64,000 bases of DNA from a virus: IMG/VR virus record IMGVR_UViG_3300045988_108826. One strand, given 5' to 3'. Shown here piece after piece: positions 34,343-43,479 of this stretch. Both the position numbers and the translations under genes were made by a program. The notes below the pieces were generated by a model. That model was not told the DNA's origin. It did not search any database and worked only from the letters and a program-made list of their open reading frames with translations. How positions within the stretch are numbered: position 1 is the first letter of the stretch; the number at the start of each line of letters is the position of its first letter.

Positions 34343-34516
34343 ATGAGCATACATTGTGGCAAAGGAGAAGTAGTAAAACATATAGCAATCCAGCAGATAG
34401 ACGATGTAACTTACGAGATAACAACTTGTCAGCATCTGTCAAACTATATGTATATAAACGTGAAAGACTTAAAAGAGCTGAAAGAGGAAGTTGAAAAGGT
34501 ACTTAAAAGTTTGTAA
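34343..34516 (+). CDS. Small ORF (57 aa, below the ORF-track cutoff)
   Basis: MSIHCGKGEVVKHIAIQQ... is followed by a terminator. The tracked 34306..34494 frame looks spurious. Confidence 0.4.
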   Translation: MSIHCGKGEVVKHIAIQQIDDVTYEITTCQHLSNYMYINVKDLKELKEEVEKVLKSL

Positions 34517-34521
34517 TTAGG

Positions 34522-34550
34522 ATAGGCGGTAGAAATATCGCCTATTTTAA
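34522..34550 (+). terminator. Intrinsic terminator
   Basis: Hairpin ATAGGCG-gtagaaatat-CGCCTAT, followed by TTTAAT. Confidence 0.6.
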
Positions 34551-34569
34551 TGTTATTTAACGTAATAAG

Positions 34570-34601
34570 TTTGTATTATAACTATAAAACACTTACATTT
34601 G
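34570..34601 (+). promoter_or_regulatory. Bacteroides-type promoter
   Basis: TTTG (34570-34573), a 20-nt spacer, then TACATTTG (34594-34601). Confidence 0.55.
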
Positions 34602-34624
34602 TATTGTAATTAAAACATAAAGCT

Positions 34625-34804
34625 ATGACAGAAGAAGTAAAACAGTATTTGAGCCGATTAAAGTCTATTAAAGACAAGGCTTTTGAGGAAAGAGTAGTTA
34701 CTAAGACTATTTACGACCGAATTAAGAAAGGAATGTATGAAACCGTAGAAATTGGCGGTATGATGTTTATTGTAGAACCTAAAAAAGAGGAGGGAAAAGA
34801 ATGA
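34625..34804 (+). CDS. Small HTH-like ORF (59 aa, below the ORF-track cutoff)
   Basis: Contains TIYDRIKKGMYETVEIGGMMFI, with an ATGA overlap to the Rha gene. Confidence 0.5.
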   Translation: MTEEVKQYLSRLKSIKDKAFEERVVTKTIYDRIKKGMYETVEIGGMMFIVEPKKEEGKE

Positions 34805-35490
34805 ACGAATTAGTATCAAAAGAAACAATAACAAGTAAAGAGATTGCAGAGATTACAGGTAAGCAACATGCACATGTGATGCGTGATATTAGAGGACTGC
34901 TTGAACAAGGTGTAAACGAATCCAATTTTGGATTGGTTGAATACAAAGACGCTAAAGGAGAAAACAGACCAATGTATGTGCTTACAAAGAAAGGATGCCT
35001 TATCCTTGCAAGTGGATATGACGCAGTTCTTCGTGAAAAAATTATCAATCGTTGGGAAGAGCTAGAAATGAAAGAGAAGCAAAAACTCCAAGTTCCAACA
35101 ACCTTTGCCGAAGCGTTAAGGCTAGCAGCCGAACAACAAGAAAAGATTGAAGAGCAACAGAAACTTATTGAGGTGCAAAGACCTAAAGCTGAATTTTATG
35201 ATGATGTAGTGGATAGCAAAGATGCTATTGATATGCAAGCTGTAGCAAAGGTTATCAATATGGGTATGGGTAGAAACAAGCTATTTGAGTTTTTAAGGAA
35301 CAACAAAGTGCTTATGCAGAATAATCAGCCGTATCAGTCATACGTTGATATGGGATGGTTCAGGATTATCGAAAGCAAATACACTAAACCAAGCGGGGAT
35401 ATTTGTATAAACCTAAAGACGGTTGTGTTCCAAAAAGGAGTTGATGGCATTAGGAAGTTGATTAAACAAAGAAGAAAGGAAACAAAATGA
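34801..35490 (+). CDS. Rha-family regulator with a KilAC (antirepressor) C-terminal domain
   Basis: The N-terminus has ITSKEIAEITGKQHAHVMRDIRGLL. The C-terminus has DAIDMQAVAKVINMGMGRNKLFEFLR...GWF. Confidence 0.8.
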   Translation: MNELVSKETITSKEIAEITGKQHAHVMRDIRGLLEQGVNESNFGLVEYKDAKGENRPMYVLTKKGCLILASGYDAVLREKIINRWEELEMKEKQKLQVPTTFAEALRLAAEQQEKIEEQQKLIEVQRPKAEFYDDVVDSKDAIDMQAVAKVINMGMGRNKLFEFLRNNKVLMQNNQPYQSYVDMGWFRIIESKYTKPSGDICINLKTVVFQKGVDGIRKLIKQRRKETK

Positions 35491-35690
35491 TTCCTATAAA
35501 GAAAATATTAATAGCGATAGTTTTTATTATATTTGTTGAAGCTGTTATATACTTCTTCTTTGCTTTTTGTAATTGGGAAGTTAATTGGATTCCAAATGTA
35601 GAAAGATTTACTAGATTTGTATATGCCTTCTTAGCGTTTTTCGGATGTATGTCTGCTGTCGGATTTGTTTTAAGTGAAATGGAGGATTGA
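35487..35690 (+). CDS. Small membrane protein (2 TM segments)
   Basis: A hydrophobic 67-aa ORF. Confidence 0.65.
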   Translation: MIPIKKILIAIVFIIFVEAVIYFFFAFCNWEVNWIPNVERFTRFVYAFLAFFGCMSAVGFVLSEMED

Positions 35691-36181
35691 TTATGAAAAT
35701 ATTTGCCAAACAAAATACAGAACTTGAATCTGTCTTGAAAGGATTTTACGAGCAGATGGAACGTGAGAAAACAGAAGTAATAGAAATGGTTGAGAAGTTT
35801 ACTTATGCTAAACCTATAAACTTCGGATATTATTGGTACTTCGGAATAACTTGTGTATGGGCAGAAGATACTATACGTTTTGCAGATATAACAAGTCTTA
35901 AAAATGTTACTCCATATAGGGCATACGGACATACATACTTTAAACCAAACAAGAGGACTAAAGCCGGAAAGAAATTTGTAAAGCAATGGAAAGAAAAGTT
36001 CAAAGGACTTGACGGAAAGGTTTTATCTGATTATGGAATACCTGTTTATCACGAAAATAGCGGAGTTTACTATAATTGGTTGCCGATAAAAGACGGTGAA
36101 AGATATGGCATTGAAGTAGCTTCATCAATCATTGATAAAATGGATAAAAGGGATGAAAAACAATTCGATATAGATGTTTGA
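35687..36181 (+). CDS. Hypothetical protein
   Basis: A 164-aa ORF. Confidence 0.7.
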   Translation: MIMKIFAKQNTELESVLKGFYEQMEREKTEVIEMVEKFTYAKPINFGYYWYFGITCVWAEDTIRFADITSLKNVTPYRAYGHTYFKPNKRTKAGKKFVKQWKEKFKGLDGKVLSDYGIPVYHENSGVYYNWLPIKDGERYGIEVASSIIDKMDKRDEKQFDIDV

Positions 36182-36207
36182 TTTCTCAAAAATATTCATT
36201 ATATTTG
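36177..36207 (+). promoter_or_regulatory. Bacteroides-type promoter
   Basis: TTTG (36177-36180), a 19-nt spacer, then TATATTTG (36200-36207). Confidence 0.55.
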
Positions 36208-36222
36208 CGGTAATGTTTAAAG

Positions 36223-36290
36223 TAGTGCGGTAGTGGGAGTAATTAACCCACGAATGAGGGGTTTATCTTGTTCCTTCCCCTTCCGCACTA
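36223..36290 (+). promoter_or_regulatory. Y-shaped leader element, copy D
   Basis: TAGTGCGG-TAGTGGG..CCCACGA-AGGGG..CCCCT-CCGCACTA. Confidence 0.45.
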
Positions 36291-36328
36291 TTTATTTTAA
36301 AGGAACAGGAAATAAATAAGGAACAAGT

Positions 36329-36577
36329 ATGAAAAAAGAAAAGTTAACCTACGCAGAAATGCTAAAAGACCCGAGGTGGCAAAAGAAAAGACTTGAAGTA
36401 ATGCAACGTGACGGATTCAGATGTCAGCATTGTCTTAGAGAAGACAAGGAATTGCAGGTGCACCATTTGTTATATAGAAAAGGAGCTAAACCTTGGGAAT
36501 ATAAAAATGAAGAACTTGTTACTTTATGTAAAAGATGTCACGAATTTGAAGGAGATGCAAAAAAAAGAAACCTATGA
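36329..36577 (+). CDS. Small HNH nuclease
   Basis: Contains DPRWQKKRLEVMQRDGFRCQHC...LQVHHLLY...LCKRCHEFE. It is a paralog of the N-terminus of 20780..21490. Confidence 0.75.
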   Translation: MKKEKLTYAEMLKDPRWQKKRLEVMQRDGFRCQHCLREDKELQVHHLLYRKGAKPWEYKNEELVTLCKRCHEFEGDAKKRNL

Positions 36578-36869
36578 AATCTTTAATGAATTAAAAAACA
36601 CCTTTGCAGAAGAAGGATATTCAAGGGAATTACTTAATTCTTTATTATCTAAACTAACACAAGTTGCAAAATCAGGAACGATGGATGTGGATTTTGATGA
36701 TAAATCTGCTGTTGATTTCTTAAAAGAAGGAATATATGGAGTTCAATACTTTAGTGATATTTTATCAGCTTCACGTCACCGTGTAGATGTACGTGATTTA
36801 GTTGAGCATAATTTCCATAATATGTTAGAAAAATACGATAAGGAGGTTGAATATGGAGAGGCAGACTAA
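36555..36869 (+). CDS. Hypothetical protein
   Basis: The ATG at 36555 lies within the tracked ORF 36408..36869 and overlaps the end of the HNH gene. Confidence 0.55.
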   Translation: MQKKETYEIFNELKNTFAEEGYSRELLNSLLSKLTQVAKSGTMDVDFDDKSAVDFLKEGIYGVQYFSDILSASRHRVDVRDLVEHNFHNMLEKYDKEVEYGEAD

Positions 36870-37794
36870 AGGAATTTGGATTCCTATCGAAATATGGGAA
36901 AGCAAAGAATTGACATGGAATGAGAAAATCTTATTTTTAGAAATAGACAGCTTTACTTCAAAGGAAAAAGATTGCTATTTCTCAAACGAATATATAGCGA
37001 AGCTGCTTGGAGTTACAGAAAATTCTGCAAATAGAATATTATCTTCTCTAATCAGTAAGGGGTATGTTATTAAAACTTCATTTGACGGAAGAAGACGTTT
37101 CATTAAAACAGCATTTTCTTATGATAAGTCAGACTATTCACAAAAGAATAAGCAGGATAATCAAGAAAGAATAAACAGCTTGAACGAAGATGAATACATA
37201 CTTAATAAATGTAATAATACAAGTAACAATAAAGAAGAAAAAGATAAATCTTTTTCTAAGAAAGATGCAACTAAGGAAATTATTCAGTTTTGGAATACGC
37301 AGACTTCTGATTTTTCTAAAGTTAGAAAACAAACAGCTGACATTGAGGATAAACTTGCAAAACTTATAAAAAAAGGGTATTCTTTGGAAGATGTTAAAAA
37401 AGTAATACTTTTGTGTAATTCATTACCTGACTTTTATAAGGGTAGGGAAAAAGGTAAGACTTGGAAAGCAAGTCTTTCATGGTTGTTAGCAAATACTAAG
37501 GATAAGTTTAATATGATTTATAACGGTGATTTGCATACTACATTTGAGCAACAAAAGATTTATGAAAGTATTATGAATGGTGATACTGATGATATGAAGA
37601 TGGAATATAGACCGCAGTTAGATGGTTTTAATCTACATTGGAACGAACAAGTTAAATGTTACATCTCAATGTATGATATTGACATGCTTTTTGATGGGTA
37701 CACTGCCGAAAACAGACCGTCCTCTGCTATGGTAATGAAAGGTGGTATAAGATACAAATGGAATACGCAAACAAAGAAATGGGAGGTGCAATAA
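36853..37794 (+). CDS. Replisome-organiser-like protein with an N-terminal HTH (DnaD/HTH_36-like)
   Basis: Contains KGIWIPIEIWESKELTWNEKILFLEIDSF...YFSNEYIAKLLGVTENSANRILSSLISKGYV. Confidence 0.6.
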   Translation: MERQTKGIWIPIEIWESKELTWNEKILFLEIDSFTSKEKDCYFSNEYIAKLLGVTENSANRILSSLISKGYVIKTSFDGRRRFIKTAFSYDKSDYSQKNKQDNQERINSLNEDEYILNKCNNTSNNKEEKDKSFSKKDATKEIIQFWNTQTSDFSKVRKQTADIEDKLAKLIKKGYSLEDVKKVILLCNSLPDFYKGREKGKTWKASLSWLLANTKDKFNMIYNGDLHTTFEQQKIYESIMNGDTDDMKMEYRPQLDGFNLHWNEQVKCYISMYDIDMLFDGYTAENRPSSAMVMKGGIRYKWNTQTKKWEVQ

Positions 37795-38397
37795 ATGGAA
37801 GAGATTTGGAAAGATGTGGTAGGATGGGAAGGAATTTATAAAGTATCTAATTTAGGAAGAGTACGTTCTTTGGATAGACATGTCAAAGGTAAGATGAGGA
37901 ACGGAAAGAATATCAAAGGAAAAATACTTTTTCAAAGGTATGATAAAGATGGATATTTAACTGTACACTTAAGAGATGCCGACAGTGAAAAGAATAAGCT
38001 GTGTAAGGTTCATAGGATAGTAGCAGAAGCATTTATCCCTAAAATAGAAGGGAAAGATAGTATAGACCATATAAATTCCATACGAGATGATAACCGAGTA
38101 GAGAATTTAAGATGGTGTACAGTTAAAGAAAACGCAAGTTTTCCTATGGCTAAAGAGAACAAAAGCATAGCTACTAAAAATAGCTATGATAAATATCCCA
38201 AATTAAGAAGAATGAGGTCTGATACCTTATCTAAAAATAAGAAGATTAAGATTAAGGTTTATAAGGGAAATGAGTTTTTAGGGTTTTTCGATTCTATTTT
38301 AGATTTTTCTAATAAATACAACTTAATAGCAAGTTCGGTATATGGTTCTTTTAGGAGGAATAGAGATTATAAAGGTTACATATTAGAAAGAGTGTAG
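37795..38397 (+). CDS. HNH homing endonuclease (NUMOD4 + HNH_3)
   Basis: Contains WKDVVGWEGIYKVSNLGRVRSL and IDHINSIRDDNRVENLRWCT. Confidence 0.85.
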   Translation: MEEIWKDVVGWEGIYKVSNLGRVRSLDRHVKGKMRNGKNIKGKILFQRYDKDGYLTVHLRDADSEKNKLCKVHRIVAEAFIPKIEGKDSIDHINSIRDDNRVENLRWCTVKENASFPMAKENKSIATKNSYDKYPKLRRMRSDTLSKNKKIKIKVYKGNEFLGFFDSILDFSNKYNLIASSVYGSFRRNRDYKGYILERV

Positions 38398-38400
38398 TGT

Positions 38401-40518
38401 ATGGATTTAGATGAGATAAGAAAATGGCATAGATTATTCAAACCAAACAATGAGTTGTTTGAGATACGAATACTTTCAAAGCCTACTATAAGCGGATATT
38501 TTTATGATATTGAGGAAGCTATTAAAACACTTCCTCAGTATGACAAATACCAAATTTACTTTACGGTTAATCAAGTAAAAGATGCTTGTTCAAGTAGAGT
38601 GCAATTTAATAGATTTCAACAAGTACAAGGTAGTGCTACTTCGGGAAACGATATTTCTCATAGATGGTGGCTACCGATAGATATTGATGTTGAAAGACCG
38701 ACAGACGTAAGTTCCTCCGATGAAGAGAAACAATATGCTCATAAAAAAGCTGGTGAAGTATATAAATTCCTACAAAAAGCAGGATTCCCAACACCCATAG
38801 TATGTGATTCATCTTCGGGGTATCATATATACTATCCACTTGATGCTGACAACACACAAGAAGTAAAGGCTGTTATAGAAAAGTTTTATGCAGTATTGGG
38901 AGATTATTTTACAGATGAAAGGGTAAAGATTGATAAGGTTGTAGGTGATGCTAATAGAATTATGCGTCTGTATGGTACTTTTGGTAGAAAGGGTAGGAAC
39001 TCAGAAGAAAGACCACACAGAATGTCTAAAATTTTATCTTTCCCCGATTCCTTTGATAGAATGGGTATTGAAAAGGTTTCTGAATTTAACTCTAAATATG
39101 AGATAAGGCATGAAAGGCAGTATAAATTTAAGAAAACATATAACAATAATGCGAATGAACAATTTGATTTAAGAAAGTTTATCCAAGAACATAATATAGA
39201 AATTGCTAAAGAGTTACCTTATGGCAATGGTGGTACAAAGTTTATTCTTAAAGAGTGCCCTTTTGATTCTTCTCATAAAGCCCCAGATAGTGCTTTATTT
39301 CTCAGCTCTGACGGAGCGATAGGTTTTAAGTGCCTCCACAATAGCTGTTCCTCTTATGATTGGAAGGCTTTTAGACTGCATTATGACCCGCACGCATACG
39401 ATTATGAGAATAGACCACCACAACAATATATGCAGCCGCAAGGCAGGTATATGCAGCCTCAAAAGAAAAAATATGAAATAAAAGAGGAAAGCCCTGAATT
39501 GGGTAAGAAGTGGTTTAGCATGTCTGATATTAAGAAGGTGGATTTATCAAGTCTTATGCACATAAAGACAGGATATACTGAACTTGATAAGAAGATTGTA
39601 GGTCTTTATGAGGGAGAAATAACAATTATATCGGGCAGTAACTCTTCGGGGAAATCTTCATGGATAAACAATCTTATCTTGAATGTTATACAGCAGAATT
39701 TCAAGGTAGCTTTATGGAGTGGTGAGTTAAGACCTGATGTATTAAAGACTTGGATTTCTTTAAGCGCAGCAGGGAATAAATATATTCAACCGAGTAAAAA
39801 AGATGAGGGTAAATATTATGTTCCTGAATATGTTTCTCAAAAGATAGACTATTGGATGGATGGAAAGTTTTTTCTTTACAATAATGAATACACGAATAAA
39901 TGGGAACAGATATTTAATGATATGAAGGAGCTTGTCAAGTTAGGGGTCAAGTTGTTTATTCTTGATAACTTATTTTCTTTGGATATTGATATATTTGAGG
40001 GGGATAAGAATAACAAGCAGAAAGAATTAATTCTCCAACTTTGTGACTTTGTAAAAAAGAATAAAATCCACATCATGCTTGTCGCTCACCCAAGAAAGGT
40101 TACTACTTTTTTGAGAAAAACAGATATTAGTGGAAGTTCCGATTTAACCAATGCCGCTTCCAATGTGTTTATCGTACACAGAGTAAATAACGACTTTTTA
40201 AAGACAGGTGGAGAGTTCTTGGGTAATACGGTTGTCCAGCAATATTCAATGTTTGGCAACTGCATAGAAATTTGCAAAAACAGATTGTACGGAGTTGTGG
40301 ATTGTCTTGTTGGAATGTACTATGAAATACCTACAAGAAGATTTAAAAATACAGAAAGTGAGGATATTCACTACGGTTGGGAAGAAGAGCCAGTCCAGCA
40401 TTCACTGACCTACGAGCAGCCGCAGTCTGACTTAGAGAAATTCCAACAACAGTTTGACAATGCAAGTAGTAATTTACCTTTTGGTTATACGATAGAAAAA
40501 GGAGAAATACCATTTTAG
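38401..40518 (+). CDS. Bifunctional primase-polymerase (AEP) / DnaB-RecA-like helicase
   Basis: Contains LPIDIDVERP (DxD), SSSGYHIYYPL, a central Cys/His cluster, Walker A GSNSSGKSS and Walker B LFILDN. Confidence 0.8.
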   Translation: MDLDEIRKWHRLFKPNNELFEIRILSKPTISGYFYDIEEAIKTLPQYDKYQIYFTVNQVKDACSSRVQFNRFQQVQGSATSGNDISHRWWLPIDIDVERPTDVSSSDEEKQYAHKKAGEVYKFLQKAGFPTPIVCDSSSGYHIYYPLDADNTQEVKAVIEKFYAVLGDYFTDERVKIDKVVGDANRIMRLYGTFGRKGRNSEERPHRMSKILSFPDSFDRMGIEKVSEFNSKYEIRHERQYKFKKTYNNNANEQFDLRKFIQEHNIEIAKELPYGNGGTKFILKECPFDSSHKAPDSALFLSSDGAIGFKCLHNSCSSYDWKAFRLHYDPHAYDYENRPPQQYMQPQGRYMQPQKKKYEIKEESPELGKKWFSMSDIKKVDLSSLMHIKTGYTELDKKIVGLYEGEITIISGSNSSGKSSWINNLILNVIQQNFKVALWSGELRPDVLKTWISLSAAGNKYIQPSKKDEGKYYVPEYVSQKIDYWMDGKFFLYNNEYTNKWEQIFNDMKELVKLGVKLFILDNLFSLDIDIFEGDKNNKQKELILQLCDFVKKNKIHIMLVAHPRKVTTFLRKTDISGSSDLTNAASNVFIVHRVNNDFLKTGGEFLGNTVVQQYSMFGNCIEICKNRLYGVVDCLVGMYYEIPTRRFKNTESEDIHYGWEEEPVQHSLTYEQPQSDLEKFQQQFDNASSNLPFGYTIEKGEIPF

Positions 40519-40519
40519 T

Positions 40520-40660
40520 ATGAAAGAAAGTTATGTAAAATTTGGAAAGATTACATGTCCTTACTATGAGAAGGGGAAATGTATCAAGGGAAAGAAAAGT
40601 TGTGACGGAGAATGTCAGGAGTTAATTGATTTTTTAAAAAGCTTGAAGTTATGCCAGTAA
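40520..40660 (+). CDS. Small Cys-rich ORF (46 aa)
   Basis: MKESYVKFGKITCPYYEKGKCIKGKKSCDGEC... Confidence 0.4.
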   Translation: MKESYVKFGKITCPYYEKGKCIKGKKSCDGECQELIDFLKSLKLCQ

Positions 40661-40782
40661 GAAAAGTAAAAGGTGGTTACAAGTGGGGCAAATCGGGAAA
40701 GGTTTATCCCACTAAAAAGCAGGCTGAAAAGCAAGGTCGTGCTATTTATGCGAGTGGATATAAAGGAAGTAGTAAAAAGTAA
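40651..40782 (+). CDS. Small basic ORF (43 aa)
   Basis: MPVRKVKGGYKWGKSGKVYPTKKQAEKQGRAIYASG... Confidence 0.45.
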   Translation: MPVRKVKGGYKWGKSGKVYPTKKQAEKQGRAIYASGYKGSSKK

Positions 40783-40793
40783 AAATCAGAATT

Positions 40794-41000
40794 ATGCGAA
40801 AGTATTATTATTACGTTTACAGAGTTGATGGTATGGTTAGTGGTAGATTTGGCAACGGAATATGCTATTCAGATAGCGGTGAGTTTGAGTTATTAGGAAT
40901 GATGGAGGTATTGAAAGACCAAAATGAGGCAGATTGTGTTATTACCTTTTGGCACGAAATATCTTCAAGTCAATACCAAAAACTATTTGAAATGTTTTGA
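40794..41000 (+). CDS. Small hypothetical protein
   Basis: A 68-aa ORF. Confidence 0.6.
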   Translation: MRKYYYYVYRVDGMVSGRFGNGICYSDSGEFELLGMMEVLKDQNEADCVITFWHEISSSQYQKLFEMF

Positions 41001-41026
41001 TTTTCAAAACAAATAGCTTATCTTTG
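40996..41026 (+). promoter_or_regulatory. Bacteroides-type promoter
   Basis: TTTG (40996-40999), a 19-nt spacer, then TATCTTTG (41019-41026). Confidence 0.55.
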
Positions 41027-41046
41027 TAAAAGTAAACTTTATTTTT

Positions 41047-41550
41047 ATGGAAATAGATTTAAAGAAATACAGAGAAAACGCAAGGATTCACAATCTTTGT
41101 TCCGAGTATTCGGAGGTTTGGGACAGATGTAAAAGTGACAAGCAGATTATGGATATGGCTTTAGGTTCTAAAGGTCTTGACTATATCTGTGATACAATAG
41201 CAAAAGGATGGGGCATAAGTCCCGATATTATATGCAGCAGATTTGCACGATTTATCAACGGTGGATATGTTGCTAGTCTTAACGGATATAATTCAAAATT
41301 GTACTGTCACTACAACGGAGAAATAGAAGCTGACACTACTATCATGGGAATCATTGAATCAGATGTTGCTATCAATGTTTCTTCTTTCAAGATTTGCGAT
41401 GTATATGTGACTGGCAAATGTCATATAAATGTAAAAGGCGAAGGCTCTATGGTTCTCGTATGCTATGGAAATCCCGAAGATATAACTGTGAGTGGGAATT
41501 GCGGAAATTTGAAACGTATCAATAAGAAAGAAAGGGACAGATATGAATGA
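41047..41550 (+). CDS. Hypothetical protein
   Basis: A 167-aa ORF. Confidence 0.7.
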   Translation: MEIDLKKYRENARIHNLCSEYSEVWDRCKSDKQIMDMALGSKGLDYICDTIAKGWGISPDIICSRFARFINGGYVASLNGYNSKLYCHYNGEIEADTTIMGIIESDVAINVSSFKICDVYVTGKCHINVKGEGSMVLVCYGNPEDITVSGNCGNLKRINKKERDRYE

Positions 41551-42001
41551 GGACTATAAGTTTTATATGTCAAGATACATAAATGACGAAGAAGGATGGG
41601 AAGCGGAAGTAGAACTTACCGAAAAGTTTAAGGGACTTATATTTTGTCAGGTTGAAGGATTGAGCAGCTACGGAGAGGTAAAAAATATATACACAGAATC
41701 ATTTGCTGAATCAGACATGTTGAGAGTGTATTTGCCTGAAAAGGTAACAAGAGAAAGCACGGATATAAAGCTGACGGTTGTATTCTCTGACAAAGATAGA
41801 CGAGATGTGTACGACAGCTTTGTTGAGTTTATCAGCGGCAAGATTATCAAGTATTGGGACAACGTGAGAAACCGAGAAGTTGAAATGATACAGACTGACA
41901 AAATAAAGGTAGACGAGGATATTATTTACGGAAGTGCGCCATATATTGCGGTTGAATTTCCGTTCAAGAACATTAAAGGTCAAACAAGTAAACATGTATA
42001 A
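41543..42001 (+). CDS. Hypothetical protein
   Basis: A 152-aa ORF. Confidence 0.7.
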   Translation: MNEDYKFYMSRYINDEEGWEAEVELTEKFKGLIFCQVEGLSSYGEVKNIYTESFAESDMLRVYLPEKVTRESTDIKLTVVFSDKDRRDVYDSFVEFISGKIIKYWDNVRNREVEMIQTDKIKVDEDIIYGSAPYIAVEFPFKNIKGQTSKHV

Positions 42002-42004
42002 TTT

Positions 42005-42403
42005 ATGAAACCACAAGTAGATTTTTTTATTCCAAGTTATGAAAACGAAGATGAAGGTATGGTACTCCACTTCACAAGTGTAAATGAAATTGATTCAGTA
42101 ATTGAAAGTCTGAATGAGGCACGTGCAGAGTTGGAACATCAGATTGAAATGAAGCGTATCAAGAACAAGGAAAGACGGAAGAGAAGAAAGGAAAGAATTG
42201 AATTAGACAAGACTATTGTAAGGGATAGATTTGAAGAATTGTATAAAGATTTAAGTATTCCTAAAATGAGCGAGGATTTGTCGAAAGAGTACGAAAAAGT
42301 TTTCAACTTGTACAACAGCCTACCCGAATGTAAATTGAAGTCAGACTTGAAACCTTACGTTGAGCTATCAAAGGCTTTAATTGATGCAATGAAGAATGAC
42401 TAA
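42005..42403 (+). CDS. Hypothetical coiled-coil protein
   Basis: A 132-aa ORF. Confidence 0.7.
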   Translation: MKPQVDFFIPSYENEDEGMVLHFTSVNEIDSVIESLNEARAELEHQIEMKRIKNKERRKRRKERIELDKTIVRDRFEELYKDLSIPKMSEDLSKEYEKVFNLYNSLPECKLKSDLKPYVELSKALIDAMKND

Positions 42404-42929
42404 ATACGTTCCATACATAGTGATAGCCGTATTGTTGGTGTCTTTGTTAGTTTCATTAACCAACAGAAAGGAGGTGGTAATAGAGAAGATTACCAGCGAT
42501 ACGGTTTATTCCGTAAAATTAGATACGTATAAGGTCAAAACACCGATTTTTATTACGGAAAGGATAGTTGATACCATTTACGTAAAAAGTGACGAAAATG
42601 GCAATATACTATTGCCGATTACACAGAAGTATTACAAGGACAGTCTTTATGAAGCATGGGTAAGTGGATTTAAACCAAGTTTGGATAGTATTAATATTTA
42701 CAACAATACTAAATTTGTAACTATTACAAATACTGTAACGAGGGAGATATATCCTAAACGAACTGATTTTTATTTAGATGCAGGCGTATTGTATATGAAT
42801 GAGAAGTTTGCTCCTAATATCGGTGCTAGTATAAAGTTCAGAAATGACATGACATTGAGAGGCGGTATAGGTTACTACGACAAGAATTTGTACTATATGT
42901 TTAACGTAGGATTTAAATTGAATAAATAA
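42396..42929 (+). CDS. Membrane-anchored, beta-rich protein (outer-membrane beta-barrel-like C-terminus)
   Basis: Has an N-terminal TM segment, and alternating-pattern strands end in GGIGYYDKNLYYMFNVGFKLNK. Confidence 0.55.
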   Translation: MTKYVPYIVIAVLLVSLLVSLTNRKEVVIEKITSDTVYSVKLDTYKVKTPIFITERIVDTIYVKSDENGNILLPITQKYYKDSLYEAWVSGFKPSLDSINIYNNTKFVTITNTVTREIYPKRTDFYLDAGVLYMNEKFAPNIGASIKFRNDMTLRGGIGYYDKNLYYMFNVGFKLNK

Positions 42930-42939
42930 ACGTATTTTT

Positions 42940-43479
42940 ATGCAGTTAAATATTGAAAAAGAATCGCTGGTTAAGGTTTTGAATGAATGTTACCAGCATG
43001 AATTACCTGAACCTTTGAAAGAGGGTGACAACAGAATTTGGGTGAAGGCAGTCGCTAAGGTTTGGAAATGTGACGGAAGTACAAACTATTGCGTGGTTGC
43101 AAATGACGGAAGCAACAACCCAGTAGTTATGAAAGACTTCGGCAATCCTGCTACTATTATGAAGTATGATGAAATTTATCCTACTTTGTTTTTAAAAGAC
43201 GGATATATGCCTGACTTGCGCAAGCAGTCTGACTGTATCGAATATCTTGCAAAGCATGAATACAAAGCTGATGAAGTTGCCGCTTATCTTTCTTCTAAGG
43301 ATGAAAACGGAGAAGCAAAGACTGACGAACGGAAGAAATCAGACCGTGACAAGGTTAAGAAATGTATTATCAAGTGTGCGATAAGAGATTACCTTAATTA
43401 TTTGGAAGAAAGAAAATACGAAAGAAACTTTACTAAAGATTTTGAATATGGAAAAGAAGGAACTGAAAACGAAAATTGA
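42940..43479 (+). CDS. Hypothetical protein
   Basis: A 179-aa ORF. Confidence 0.7.
   Translation: MQLNIEKESLVKVLNECYQHELPEPLKEGDNRIWVKAVAKVWKCDGSTNYCVVANDGSNNPVVMKDFGNPATIMKYDEIYPTLFLKDGYMPDLRKQSDCIEYLAKHEYKADEVAAYLSSKDENGEAKTDERKKSDRDKVKKCIIKCAIRDYLNYLEERKYERNFTKDFEYGKEGTENEN

Noticed and set aside
35462-35986. A 174-aa minus-strand ORF.
   Set aside because: It lies antisense to three well-packed plus-strand genes, and its translation is hydrophobic and low-complexity.
36559-36566. The A8 run at the HNH / next-ORF overlap as a programmed frameshift site.
   Set aside because: The downstream ORF has its own ATG (36555), preceded by GAAGGAG. The paralog 20780..21490 gives no support for a fused product of this kind.
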